From NCBI RefSeq assembly GCF_001481685.1, contig NZ_CP006867.1:90001-122000 (forward strand): a stretch of DNA of 32,000 nt. Reading direction: 5' to 3'. The translations under genes and the position numbers were made by a program. The stretch is from Ignicoccus islandicus DSM 13165 (GTDB lineage: Archaea > Thermoproteota > Thermoprotei_A > Sulfolobales > Ignicoccaceae). Positions 1-9,639 of the stretch are shown here, piece by piece (position 1 is the first letter of the stretch; the number at the start of each line of letters is the position of its first letter). The notes beneath the pieces are model-generated. The model worked only from the letters and a program-made list of their open reading frames with translations. It was not told the origin of the DNA and did no database searches.

Positions 1-172
1 CGAGCGGTATATTACTCATGATCAAATAGGCTATTAGCACTAAAGCGGTCCAGAAGATCCTCTTGTATAGGTCGGGCTTCTTGGCTGGCCTTGGAGTAGA
101 CGGTATATACGTTCCTATTGTCGCCAAAACGTCCAAGAACTTCTTACCCAAGTCCTCGTACAACTTTCGCAT
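1..172 (-). CDS. secY: Preprotein translocase SecY, N-terminal fragment (gene continues past the left edge)
   Basis: Hand translation of the minus strand from ATG (complement 170-172) gives MRKLYEDLGKKFLDVLATIGTYIPSTPRPAKKPDLYKRIFWTALVLIAYLIMSNIPL. This fits the archaeal SecY N-terminus pattern (basic stretch, then W-T..L.l.Y.im...IPL of TM1). Not in the ORF track because it runs off the edge. Confidence 0.55.
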   Translation of the reverse strand, partial: MRKLYEDLGKKFLDVLATIGTYIPSTPRPAKKPDLYKRIFWTALVLIAYLIMSNIPL

Positions 173-462
173 CCCACCATGTGGGAGGGACAATTACTAA
201 TAAAGGCCTCTTGAGGACCAGTATAATATTCCAGAGACATTTCGGATTCAGAAGCAATTGTATCTTCAAAGTAATATATCATAATTGTTCTATTAAATGA
301 GATTTTATTGTAGGTCTTATATCTTTCACGTAATCTAGGCTCTAATCAATGGGATTTAAACGGTTCAGTATACGAAGCTTTTAATTCAAACTTCGTTATC
401 TAAATATAGAATAAAGAGACTAAAACTTATTAAATAAAGCTCCGCGAAGCATTCCGGAAATT

Positions 463-550
463 GCGGGGGTGCCCGAGCCTGGCCAAAGGGGGCGGGCTTA
501 AGACCCGCTGGCGTAGGCCTGCGTGGGTTCAAATCCCACCCCCCGCACCA
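463..550 (+). tRNA. tRNA-Leu (anticodon UAA), long variable arm, CCA encoded
   Basis: Acceptor GCGGGGG/CCCCCGC. Anticodon stem GCGGG/CCCGC with loop CTTAAGA. Long variable arm TGGCGTAGGCCTGC. T-arm GTGGG-TTCAAAT-CCCAC. Discriminator A followed by CCA. A/T-rich box TTATTAAATAAAG lies about 25-30 nt upstream. Confidence 0.9.
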
Positions 551-1619
551 AGTACCTATCCCGCTTCTTTATCCTGTAATCCCCTAATACAGTATAAGCC
601 TCCCTTAGTATAATGACCGAGACGTAGTTCATCACGTTCAACGGGAAGACGCGGCCGTGAAGAGCGTACGCAAACCTCAGCATTTTGCAGTATATTGGAT
701 TGAGTTCGAGGGAATGTTCGTGTACGACGCCACTGCACTTTAGATATTTATCTAAATCGAACGTATTTATTGATAGTCTCTTCGAATATAGGCTAATTGC
801 GCTCACGCCTAGTCCAACGAACTGATATCCCTTAGAGACGTATTCATCGTAGATCTTGTTCTGAGCCTTAGTAAAGGTCCACGCGTTAGTCATTACGTAG
901 CCGTGACGCTTCATTACATTTACTATTTCGTTGTACAACTTCAACCTCTCTAGTTCGCTGCCTCGAGGTAGAGGGGGCATTAAGGGATACAAGGTTACTT
1001 GGGGGACCCCTAGTTTAGCTATTTGGGAGATTTCGCTCAATGGCGTATCTAAGTCCCATATGAAGTCTACATTCGCGATATCGTATCTCTTAGATAGCAG
1101 GACGTCTAAAGCCCTTAACGTCGTCTCCAAGTCAATGCCTCTACCTAGCTTCTTCAATCTATTTGGATCTAACGATTGAACTCCCATACTAACCCTAACG
1201 ACCTTTTTCTCATCTATATAGTCTAATGCATTAAGCTCCACTACGTCCAAGGGAGCCACTTCAACGGATATGGACGGCTTCCAAAGCTCCCATATCTCAT
1301 CTATTAGCTCTCCTAGTTCGTCTGGAAGGCAAGATGGCGAGCCACCGCCTACGTAGACCTCTATCACGTCCAAGTCCTTGGAATATACTTCCATTACGTC
1401 CTTCCTTAACTTCTCGAAGTACCTCTTAGCTACGTCCGTTTTGAAGGGGTACCTCACGAAGTGACAGAACTTGCATAACCTCCGGCAGAACGGGACGTGA
1501 AGGTATAGACCGATCTCTTCGTTGCTAACGCTTAACTGCCTTGGTGGAGAGCTCTCAAGCTTTTCTAGTAACATTGAGGTAATCGATCTAGACATTGCGG
1601 AGATTGCTTGCAGAATCAT
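498..1619 (-). CDS. Radical SAM protein, HemN/HemW-like (oxygen-independent coproporphyrinogen oxidase-like family)
   Basis: YLHVPFCRRLCKFCHF contains the CxxxCxxC radical-SAM cluster motif in the context typical of HemN/HemW. 373-aa ORF. The start is uncertain (Met at aa 1, 9 or 16). The last 17 codons lie antisense to tRNA-Leu. Confidence 0.8.
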   Translation of the reverse strand: MILQAISAMSRSITSMLLEKLESSPPRQLSVSNEEIGLYLHVPFCRRLCKFCHFVRYPFKTDVAKRYFEKLRKDVMEVYSKDLDVIEVYVGGGSPSCLPDELGELIDEIWELWKPSISVEVAPLDVVELNALDYIDEKKVVRVSMGVQSLDPNRLKKLGRGIDLETTLRALDVLLSKRYDIANVDFIWDLDTPLSEISQIAKLGVPQVTLYPLMPPLPRGSELERLKLYNEIVNVMKRHGYVMTNAWTFTKAQNKIYDEYVSKGYQFVGLGVSAISLYSKRLSINTFDLDKYLKCSGVVHEHSLELNPIYCKMLRFAYALHGRVFPLNVMNYVSVIILREAYTVLGDYRIKKRDRYLVRGVGFEPTQAYASGS

Positions 1620-1701
1620 CGATTAGACCAACTGAACGTTCAGTTAAGAGGTTAAATTCGTTGTAGAAATCATATAGACGTTTCCTCAGTAAGAAACGTA
1701 G

Positions 1702-2277
1702 GTGAACCGAATGCCTTTCTTAAAGTTTGAGAGATTGGAAATACCGGATGTTATATTAATAGAACCTAAAGTGTTCCCGGATCACAGGGGCTTCTTTAAG
1801 GAAATATGGAAGCGAACGCCGTTTCTATCTAACGGCATTCCCTACGATTTCGTCCAAGCTAACGTTAGTTTGAGTAAGAAGTACGTGGTTAGAGGCCTAC
1901 ACTACCAATTGAAGCCTTCCGAAATGGGGAAGCTCGTGATGGTCTTGAAAGGTAAGGTTTTCGACGTTGCCGTTGATATAAGAAAGGGGTCTCCTTACTA
2001 CGGTAGATGGGTTGGCGTGGAACTCAGCGAGGACAATCACAAGATCTTATGGATACCACCGGGCTTCGCTCACGGCTTCCAAGCTTTAGAGGACGATAGC
2101 GTCGTATTATATTTAGTTACTAAAGAGTTCGATCCGGAAAGGGATGCGTGCGTTAGATGGAACGACCCGGAGATAGGCATTGAATGGCCTTATCCCGATA
2201 AAGCGATATTAAGTGAGAAAGACTCTAAGTGTCCGCTACTGAAGGAGGCTCGTAACAACTTCGAGTATCCAATTTAA
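1702..2277 (+). CDS. rfbC: dTDP-4-dehydrorhamnose 3,5-epimerase (RmlC)
   Basis: [16 protein letters not shown] and PPGFAHGF are cupin RmlC hallmarks. About 190 aa. The ORF starts at GTG 1702, with an alternative ATG at 1711. Confidence 0.85.
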   Translation: MNRMPFLKFERLEIPDVILIEPKVFPDHRGFFKEIWKRTPFLSNGIPYDFVQANVSLSKKYVVRGLHYQLKPSEMGKLVMVLKGKVFDVAVDIRKGSPYYGRWVGVELSEDNHKILWIPPGFAHGFQALEDDSVVLYLVTKEFDPERDACVRWNDPEIGIEWPYPDKAILSEKDSKCPLLKEARNNFEYPI

Positions 2278-3554
2278 AGTCCCAGTACCTTTTGGTAGTT
2301 GCTTAAGTCTAGGAGTCCGTGCCCACTGAAGTTGAACAATATCACCATTTCCTCGTTCCTCTCCTTCGCTTGGAGGGCCAAGTCTATTACTGCCTTTATC
2401 GCGTGATTGGTTTCCGGTGCTGGCACTATTCCCTCAGCTTGGGCGAACAACCTTCCGGCTTCGAAGCAACTCTTTTGGTCGTATTCCAATATTTCTATCC
2501 ACCCTTCGTTATAGAGCAACGATATCGTTGGGGCCACTCCGTGGTACCTTAAGCCCCCAGCGTAAATTGGTGGCGGAACGAACTGATGTCCTAATGTATG
2601 CATCTTAAGTTCCGGCAACAGTCCAGCAGCGTCCGCGAAATCGTAATCGTACTTACCCTTGCTGAACTTCGGGACTTCACTTGGAGTTACTCCTACGTAC
2701 CTCCTCTTCTTTTTCCTCGGGTCCTTCGTTCTCTGCAGTTCTTGACCTAGGAACGGGAATACGAGACCACCGAAGTTCGATCCCCCACCTATACACGCTA
2801 CTACCACGTCCGGGTCCTCCCCTATTTCTTCCATTTGCTTCATGGCCTCTAGACCTATGATTGACTGATGTAATAGGACGAAGTTCATTACAGACCCTAC
2901 GCCGTACCTCCAGCCCCTCTTCAAAGCATATTCTATTGCCTCACTCATTGCTATTCCAAGGCTTCCAGGATGGTCCGGGTTCTCTTGGAGTATCTTTTTC
3001 CCGTATTCCGTTTCCTCGCTAGGTGAAGGAACGACGTCAGCTCCATAGAGCCTCATTACTACTTTCCTGTACGGTTTCTGATAGAAACTACTCCTTACCA
3101 TGAATACCTTTACTGGCATGTCGTACATTGCTCCGGCTAAGGACAAAGCGGTGCCCCATTGTCCGGCCCCAGTTTCCGTAGTGAGACCTTCAACGCCCTC
3201 GTCTTTCGCGTAGAACGCTTGAGGAATGGCGGTGTTTATTTTATGGCTTCCAGTGGGGGTAGCACCCTCGTATTTGAAATATATCCTCGCGGGGGTTCCC
3301 AAGATTTTCTCTAATCTCCTAGCCCTTAGCAAGGGAGTCGGTCTACCTATTTCACTATATATTTCTAATACCTCGTCTGGTATCGGTACCCATCTCTCAA
3401 CGGTATTTTCTTGCCATATCAACTTCTGGGGAAGGACCTTCAATAGCAATTCGACTCTGGAGAACTCCTCCTCGGCCCCCTTAGGATCTCTAAGGGGAGG
3501 TAACGGCTTGGGTAGGTCGGGCAAAATGTTATACCATTTATTTGGAAGCTCCAT
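2274..3554 (-). CDS. trpB: Tryptophan synthase beta chain-like protein, TrpB2 type (PLP-dependent)
   Basis: [11 protein letters not shown] holds the PLP-lysine motif. GGGSNFGG is the glycine loop. The 426-aa length with an N-terminal extension is typical of TrpB2. No other trp genes are nearby. Confidence 0.85.
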   Translation of the reverse strand: MELPNKWYNILPDLPKPLPPLRDPKGAEEEFSRVELLLKVLPQKLIWQENTVERWVPIPDEVLEIYSEIGRPTPLLRARRLEKILGTPARIYFKYEGATPTGSHKINTAIPQAFYAKDEGVEGLTTETGAGQWGTALSLAGAMYDMPVKVFMVRSSFYQKPYRKVVMRLYGADVVPSPSEETEYGKKILQENPDHPGSLGIAMSEAIEYALKRGWRYGVGSVMNFVLLHQSIIGLEAMKQMEEIGEDPDVVVACIGGGSNFGGLVFPFLGQELQRTKDPRKKKRRYVGVTPSEVPKFSKGKYDYDFADAAGLLPELKMHTLGHQFVPPPIYAGGLRYHGVAPTISLLYNEGWIEILEYDQKSCFEAGRLFAQAEGIVPAPETNHAIKAVIDLALQAKERNEEMVILFNFSGHGLLDLSNYQKVLGL

Positions 3555-3603
3555 TCCTTGCGACCTAACAGCGTTACTTAGTTGAATTAAAAAGACGTCT
3601 CCC

Positions 3604-3810
3604 TCACCCGAGCGGTATAGTTAGCCCTACGGATATTGGAATCGTCACGTTTAGGTCTCCTTTGGAGAGCTTTATCCCAGCGACAATTAAGTTGAATATA
3701 ACGACTAATATGCTCGAAGCGACCCATAGAATCATGGCTATGTAAAACCATTCTTGCAAGGTTAGAGCCTTCCTTTTCAAGAGCGATCCCTCCGGTTCAC
3801 TTTCTGCCAA
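3604..3810 (-). CDS. Small hypothetical membrane protein (one predicted TM helix)
   Basis: 68-aa ORF with TTG start and hydrophobic stretch [26 protein letters not shown]. No recognisable motif, so it may not be expressed. Confidence 0.3.
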   Translation of the reverse strand: MAESEPEGSLLKRKALTLQEWFYIAMILWVASSILVVIFNLIVAGIKLSKGDLNVTIPISVGLTIPLG

Positions 3811-3827
3811 ATTACAAAAAGCTTTCC

Positions 3828-5264
3828 TCAGTACGTCTTCGCTAACCTTACCTTAGTTACCGCTTTCCTACCGCAAACGATGCATTTCTTGCCTTCTACG
3901 TTTATCTCTTTGTCGAGAGGCATACCCAGTACTCTACCTACCTCTTCGTCTAACTTTAGGCCGCACTCTTCCCTTCCACACCAAGGAACCTCTACTACGT
4001 ACCTTTCTTCCACTAACTTCTTGGCCTCTTCTATATTGTCCGTCTCTCTTATCCTCGACTTCATGAACTCCCACGCTCTTTCTCTCATTGAATTGAGCAT
4101 TTCCTCGGAAAGCTCTTCTAGCTTCTTCCGGAGCTCGAGTCTCTTTACTTTGACCTTACCCTTGACGTCTCTTCTAGCAACTGTTACTTCGTCGTTGTCC
4201 ACTTCCCTCTTTCCTATTTCTATTCTGAAAGGAACTCCCCTTAGTTCCCAGTAGTAGTACTTCGCTCCAGGCGTTAGCTCTTCCCTATTGTCAGTATGGA
4301 CTCTAATGCCCGCTTTCTTGAGTTCCTCTTCCAGCTCCCTTACGTAATTGTTTACTTTTTCCTGATCTTCTTCGTTCTTTTGTGGAATGGGTACTATTAC
4401 CACTTGAATGGGGGCGACGTGCGGAGGAAGTACTAATCCCCTATCATCTCCATGTATAGCTATCATTGCAGCAAATATCCTATCCGAAATACCATAGCTG
4501 GTTTGCCAAACGTAATCCATCTCCTCATCCCTTCTCTGGAATCTGACTTCGAAGGGTATCGAGAAGTTCTGGCCGAGGTGGTGAACGGTACCTATCTGTA
4601 GAGCCCTTCCGTCAGGCATCACAGTATCGAACGCAACTGTATACAGGGCACCAGCGAACCTATCCCACTTAGGTCTCATGCTTATCATATACGGTATTGC
4701 CAAACTATCGAATATTCTCTTGTACACTTCAACTGCTTCTATGCACTGCTTGTCAGCGTCTTCGAAGCTCTCGTGTGCCGTGTGGGCTTCTTTGAAGGTA
4801 CTCACTTCCCTAAGTCTAATTAGAGGCCTAGTTGCCTTAGTTTCGTACCGGTAGACGGGAACTATTTGGTAAAGCTTCATTGGTAGTTGCTTGTAACTAC
4901 TTATCCATAAGCTTTCCATATAGCTAATTGCTGTTTCGCTAGTTGGTCTCAATGCTAGAGGCACTTCTAGCTCTTGGTGGCCTCCCTTGGTCACCCAGAA
5001 AACTTCTCCCTCGAAGCCCCTAACGTGTTCGCTCTCCTTTTCCAGTAAGTCCTTCGGGATAAGTATTGGAAATAATACTTCTTCATGGCCCGTTTCGTCT
5101 AAGATCTTCCTAACCACGTTATCGAGCACTAGCCTCCTTAACTTGAATCCGTAGGGCCTCCAAACACCCATTCCTTTTACGGGGTAACGTCCGTAATCGT
5201 AGAGTTCGGCCTCCCTTAATACTGTATCGAACCATTCGCTAAAGTTGCTCTTGTCGAGCTTCAA
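3828..5264 (-). CDS. proS: Proline--tRNA ligase (archaeal/eukaryotic type)
   Basis: N-terminus [37 protein letters not shown] plus class-II motifs ([17 protein letters not shown]-type segment). C-terminal zinc-binding end CIVCGRKA...LAKTY. 478 aa. Confidence 0.92.
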   Translation of the reverse strand: MKLDKSNFSEWFDTVLREAELYDYGRYPVKGMGVWRPYGFKLRRLVLDNVVRKILDETGHEEVLFPILIPKDLLEKESEHVRGFEGEVFWVTKGGHQELEVPLALRPTSETAISYMESLWISSYKQLPMKLYQIVPVYRYETKATRPLIRLREVSTFKEAHTAHESFEDADKQCIEAVEVYKRIFDSLAIPYMISMRPKWDRFAGALYTVAFDTVMPDGRALQIGTVHHLGQNFSIPFEVRFQRRDEEMDYVWQTSYGISDRIFAAMIAIHGDDRGLVLPPHVAPIQVVIVPIPQKNEEDQEKVNNYVRELEEELKKAGIRVHTDNREELTPGAKYYYWELRGVPFRIEIGKREVDNDEVTVARRDVKGKVKVKRLELRKKLEELSEEMLNSMRERAWEFMKSRIRETDNIEEAKKLVEERYVVEVPWCGREECGLKLDEEVGRVLGMPLDKEINVEGKKCIVCGRKAVTKVRLAKTY

Positions 5265-5507
5265 ACTACCCTTCCCAACGCCTCTTTAAATGGGATGTTT
5301 AGATTAATTTTCCACAATGACGAGTCGTTGAACCTAAATGATTATCAATAAGAAGCTTCTCGCAAGTCCGAATTTGAACAGTTACGTATATGCTGGTATC
5401 TGAGAACTACCATTGTAATGCCGAAGCGCGCGTCTCGGACTTCTGTGTAATTAAAAGCTACTTCGAAGTTGTACTGAGGAACTTGTAATACTGATCTAGT
5501 TGCCCCA

Positions 5508-6737
5508 TTACTGCTTACGTAATTCCTCCCCTAACCTGACCTTCTCTCCGAACGCCCTCAACTCTAGCCTATACCCTCTGGTAGTGAATCCCCTTTCTGC
5601 ATAGAATTCTATACATTTGCCATCTAATTCCTCTAGCGAGTTTAATTCAATTTCCTTAACCAATCGCTTGTCCGGTAGAAACCTCCTATCGTGAACTAGG
5701 ATCAGTTCGATCTTCCCCTTAAATTGAACATCTGGAAGTATCTCGGGCAACCTAATGCACGCTTTGTACGTTCCTTCCACGGGAATGTTACTAGTGGGAT
5801 CGCCGTTAGGGTCATACCAGATCACTCTAGCGTGTTTCTCTAGGAACTTCAGTAAGTCGAAGTAAGGGATTGATGCTATGAGGCTGCAACTATTTTGCGA
5901 AACCGAACATTCTTTAACGAACACAGTTCTTAAATTGTATACGTCATCCAAATCGAAAGTAACCGTTCTGTTTTCGTGAGGTCGCAGCAATACTGAAAAC
6001 ATGTGCTCGTCAGGGGAAGTAATTAGATCCTTATAGAACTCCAACACTACTTTCCGATCGCATCTGTTCTGGATTAGGACCTTGTTCTCGGAACCGGGCG
6101 TTAAGGGAAGAGGCGTTAAGACCCTCATCGATACGCACGTTGAGCGAGTTTGGAGAAATCTATAGTACAAGTATCTCTCAATGGAAATAGATGCATTTTG
6201 CGTCCTCACGTAAATGTTGAAGAACAAACCCCTTGGACGAGTCATCAGTTCGATAACGTTCTTGGTCATCGAAGCGCCAGCAAGGACATCTCCAGCTAAT
6301 GCTGCTGGTAACTTCGCTACGGCTGATATAACTTTCATGAATTTTCCTATCTTGCTACTATCGTTGCCTTCCTTAGTTGCAGTAATCAGAATTGTCAATA
6401 CGCACGTTCTAATATTCTCCGGGCTACTTACAGTTTTTGGATAGTAATGGAATTCTTGATCGAAGCCCAACTCCATGTCAATTTTTGCAGATGTGGTAAC
6501 TGATACCGGACTGTTCGATTTTACGCAAATGAGAACTGGTACGACATCGTTCAGAAGCATTCCTAATAAGTCTCCTCTTATATAGGAAGGTATTAGAGAA
6601 TACATAACGAATTCTATTCCATTCAGATTATATTTCTCGAACCTCAATGTCGCTTCCGTCTCGTAAATACGTAAGGAAAATAGCGTTCTGGATAATAATA
6701 GCGAAGCCAATAGGAATAATATCAATAGAATTCTCAT
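5508..6737 (-). CDS. Hypothetical secreted/membrane-anchored protein
   Basis: 409-aa ORF with an N-terminal signal/anchor (MRILLILFLLASLLLSRTLFSL). The rest is beta-rich with no recognisable motif. Confidence 0.5.
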   Translation of the reverse strand: MRILLILFLLASLLLSRTLFSLRIYETEATLRFEKYNLNGIEFVMYSLIPSYIRGDLLGMLLNDVVPVLICVKSNSPVSVTTSAKIDMELGFDQEFHYYPKTVSSPENIRTCVLTILITATKEGNDSSKIGKFMKVISAVAKLPAALAGDVLAGASMTKNVIELMTRPRGLFFNIYVRTQNASISIERYLYYRFLQTRSTCVSMRVLTPLPLTPGSENKVLIQNRCDRKVVLEFYKDLITSPDEHMFSVLLRPHENRTVTFDLDDVYNLRTVFVKECSVSQNSCSLIASIPYFDLLKFLEKHARVIWYDPNGDPTSNIPVEGTYKACIRLPEILPDVQFKGKIELILVHDRRFLPDKRLVKEIELNSLEELDGKCIEFYAERGFTTRGYRLELRAFGEKVRLGEELRKQ

Positions 6738-6840
6738 AATTGTAACTACCAGTTACGATTATCGTCGAGTGCCTTTTTAACATTATTTCAATCGTTAACT
6801 AAAATGCCCTCTTCCATACATTAAGATTAGGTAGGAAATT

Positions 6841-7995
6841 TTGAAGATAGCAATGGTATATGACTACAGCCGAGAGAAGTGCGGCATAAAGGTATACTCC
6901 GATATATTGACTAAATGGTTGAGAAAGTTAGGAGTTGACGTTGAAGTATGTGATTTGAAGAAAGAGAGATACTCGGATTCAGTTGAGGCTGCTTTGTGCG
7001 CACTAAAGGGAGATATAGTCCATACGCAACACGAGTTCGGACTCTTCAAGGGTCATTTCGGATGGTCTCAGTTACTATATTACTTAACCTTGAAATTGTA
7101 CAGGAAGTTCAACGTAACTACTCTCCACACGGTATTGAAACCTGATGAAGCCTTGTCCAACTACATAAAGTTTGCTCTACCTTTTACCAAAGAAAGGCCG
7201 TGGGAAGCTATAAGAGGCTTAATAGTGAGCTTCGTGTCGCCTTACGTTCCGGAAGCCCTTTCGGATAGGTTAATCGTACACACCTTGAGGGGATACGAGC
7301 TTCTACCGGATTGGTTGAAATGGAAAGCTGAACTGATACCGCACTTCTCTCCAGTCCCCTCTCAAGTGGTCTTGGAGAACGCGAGGAGGTGTAGGGAGAG
7401 GAGCGTGCCGGAGACCATAAGGATCGTCACCCCAGGATTCATACGACCAACTAAGAGGTACGACTGGGCAATTAGGGCTCTAATAGCGCTGAAGGCAGAA
7501 GGATTGGATAAACCTGTAGAGTACACGGTCATTGGAACTACGCAGAACGAGGACGGAGAACTCTGGTATCAATATATTAAAGAAATGGCTGATAAGGTAA
7601 ACGAACATACGAAGAAGGTAGGCTTAACTATAAACGTTATATATAAGCATATGAGCAAGGCCGAGATAATCAGACACGCGTGCGAGGCCGACGTAGTCCT
7701 CTTACCTTACTCAGATCCGACGCAAGAGGCTTCCGGAATACTACACGATTCCTTGGTATGCGGCAGACACATTGTCGTGTTGGAAATAGGTGACGTGAGG
7801 AACTATCCAGAGGCGTTTTACCCATTTAATCTGGACGATCCGATAGGATCCATGAAGGAAGCCCTTAAGAGGGCAATAAATGAGGTTGTGAAAGGGAATA
7901 GATGCAATCTGAACGCTCTGGCTTACGCCTACTTCACTTCGATAGACGTCGTTGCGAAAAGGCATAAGGACTTCTATTCCAAACTCCGCTCTTGA
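6841..7995 (+). CDS. Glycosyltransferase, GT-B fold (GT4-like)
   Basis: The N-terminus MKIAMVYDY... is typical of GT4 enzymes. The C-terminal half has a DVVLLPYS...EASGILHDSLVCGRHIVV block resembling the E-x7-E sugar-donor region. TTG start at 6841, with an alternative ATG at 6853. Confidence 0.65.
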   Translation: MKIAMVYDYSREKCGIKVYSDILTKWLRKLGVDVEVCDLKKERYSDSVEAALCALKGDIVHTQHEFGLFKGHFGWSQLLYYLTLKLYRKFNVTTLHTVLKPDEALSNYIKFALPFTKERPWEAIRGLIVSFVSPYVPEALSDRLIVHTLRGYELLPDWLKWKAELIPHFSPVPSQVVLENARRCRERSVPETIRIVTPGFIRPTKRYDWAIRALIALKAEGLDKPVEYTVIGTTQNEDGELWYQYIKEMADKVNEHTKKVGLTINVIYKHMSKAEIIRHACEADVVLLPYSDPTQEASGILHDSLVCGRHIVVLEIGDVRNYPEAFYPFNLDDPIGSMKEALKRAINEVVKGNRCNLNALAYAYFTSIDVVAKRHKDFYSKLRS

Positions 7996-9187
7996 ATAAC
8001 TCATCTAGTAGTTGCTCTGCCTTTTCGTCGTTCCCCTCTATGTACGCTTGTATGACGTCGTATACCTTGGAGCCCAACTTCTCTCCATATATATCCTTTA
8101 GGACTTCCAACAAACTAACTTTCACTGTAGGGGAGGCATCGGATAATGGGTTGTTTGCGTACCCGCTCTTGATAACGTCTATCCTTACGTGCAGTACCCT
8201 TTCAGACAAGGTATTCACTATCCTAGTTACGTAAGCCCTCAAGTTTTCAGGTACGAATAAATGAACCACGCTATTTGGAGGCACTTTCTTATATATCTCG
8301 TTTAATTCCTTCATAAGTTCTATTGGACTAGAAGCTCTTAACTGAACTTTAACTTGAGGTCTAACTTCTATCCTTATTTTCTGGAGACTCAAGTCCTTCA
8401 GATCTACTAGGACTGGGCCCTTGTTATTTATCTCTGGTATTTCGTCCCTACTTACTGTTTCTAGCGAACCGGGATATACCGCCTTTGTATTGTGAACTTC
8501 TAAGATAGCGTATTTGTGAATGTGACCGAGGGCGTAGTATAAGAAGCCTTCCGGTAGGAACTCCTTTTCAACGCTCTGGAAGGGCATCAGATCCTTTACG
8601 CCTACGTGGGCCACCAGAACGGCCCTCTTGGAAGCTTCCCTCCTCAGCGTCCTCACGTAGCTCTTTGCCCTTTCCAACTCGCTTTCACTTAAGGGATTGA
8701 ACGCCTCTAGTCCACAGAACTTGTAACCCTTAACTTCGATACATTTAGAGCTTCTAAGGAGCTTAGCTCCAGTCATTTCGCTTACGAATTCTATCGAGGG
8801 AACGCCTCTAGCCTTGGGCTTATCGTGATCGCCTGGAAGTAGAATTACCTCTATTCCTCTCTCCCTGAGTTTCCGGAAGCCTGAAACGGCCACCCTAAGT
8901 GGCTGAAGACTCGTATAAGGGACGGGTGTATCGAAGAGATCCCCTGCTACTACATACGCATCAACTCTCTCCCTTAAGGCAATTTCTATGCTTTTCTCGA
9001 AAGCGTTATAGAAGTCTAGTTCTCTTTCCTGGAGATTGTATTGTCTCTTTCCTAAATGTACGTCAGCGACGTGAAGTATTTGCAACTCTTCCGGTACCTT
9101 TGATGCTACCTGCCTACCTCGTTTAAAGCTAAAAGGAGGAAACTTTCGTTCTGAATTCACCATCCCATGGTGAATGCTCATCTCCAC
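7934..9187 (-). CDS. Mre11/SbcD-family metallophosphoesterase (DNA repair exonuclease-like), stand-alone
   Basis: Ordered calcineurin-like nuclease motifs: HVADVHLG (I), AGDLFD (II), LLPGDHD (III, GDHD rather than GNHD), LVAHVG (IV), LGHIHK (V). The true start may be TTG at 9085, giving MQILHVADVHLG, since Mre11 motif I normally sits at the extreme N-terminus. No rad50, herA or nurA is adjacent. Confidence 0.75.
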   Translation of the reverse strand: MEMSIHHGMVNSERKFPPFSFKRGRQVASKVPEELQILHVADVHLGKRQYNLQERELDFYNAFEKSIEIALRERVDAYVVAGDLFDTPVPYTSLQPLRVAVSGFRKLRERGIEVILLPGDHDKPKARGVPSIEFVSEMTGAKLLRSSKCIEVKGYKFCGLEAFNPLSESELERAKSYVRTLRREASKRAVLVAHVGVKDLMPFQSVEKEFLPEGFLYYALGHIHKYAILEVHNTKAVYPGSLETVSRDEIPEINNKGPVLVDLKDLSLQKIRIEVRPQVKVQLRASSPIELMKELNEIYKKVPPNSVVHLFVPENLRAYVTRIVNTLSERVLHVRIDVIKSGYANNPLSDASPTVKVSLLEVLKDIYGEKLGSKVYDVIQAYIEGNDEKAEQLLDELFKSGVWNRSPYAFSQRRLSK

Positions 9188-9639
9188 CTCTTGTCCAAAT
9201 TAAATTTTCTATTTACTCACAATTAATTCCATCATTTCCTCAACCTTAACCATTTGAATTCAGAATTAATGGTCTTCTTAAGCACCTTCAGTTTCTACCG
9301 GACTTCCTAATGGTTAATTCCATTTCAACCCAATCATTCAACATTGCCTTTAAGAAAACAAAGGCAATTTGCTAATCTAGAGTTCAGACCATCAGTACAA
9401 GCCCCTTTCAAGATCGATCTTTATAATGAGAAGAAGCTTAGAGGGATTAATAAGCGATCATGAGAACTCTGATGATCATGGGGATTTCTACTCCAGCCTA
9501 CCTTATACAAGCATATGCATGCATATATTGGACAACTAATTGAATTTAAGTTCGAAGGGGGAAGGTACGGTTGTGTAAAGGAGAGCTAAGGGAAAGGGTT
9601 AAAAGATGAGAAAGGGGTTGCTTAAATAGGAGGGCAACG
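9188..9639 (+). promoter_or_regulatory. CRISPR leader region with putative promoter
   Basis: Non-coding A/T-rich stretch directly upstream of the first repeat. A TATA-like TTAAATA at 9622-9628 sits just upstream of repeat 1 and is preceded by a purine-rich tract (about 9554-9618). A perfect 14-bp palindrome lies at 9513-9526. It also has to hold the divergent promoter of the Mre11-like gene. Confidence 0.5.

Noticed and set aside
118-300. 60-aa plus-strand ORF at the left edge
   Set aside because: It lies antisense to the much better supported secY 5' end and promoter, and it has no motif.
463-550. Integrated mobile element at tRNA-Leu
   Set aside because: The window contains no integrase gene, no duplicated tRNA 3' fragment (att) and no obvious foreign gene block. 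Only the CDS/tRNA overlap remains, and that is reported separately at low interest.
5265-5507. Possible C/D-box sRNA in the 243-nt spacer upstream of proS (ATGACGA and ATGATTA C-like boxes, CTGA at about 5399 and about 5475)
   Set aside because: Box spacing does not fit the archaeal C-12nt-D'...C'-12nt-D architecture, and the boxes are imperfect. This is more likely promoter or UTR sequence.
9440-9480. TGATGA and CTGA boxes and a GATCATG direct repeat in the CRISPR leader as a C/D sRNA
   Set aside because: The boxes directly abut one another (CTGATGA). There is no room for guide segments and no terminal stem, so this is probably coincidental.
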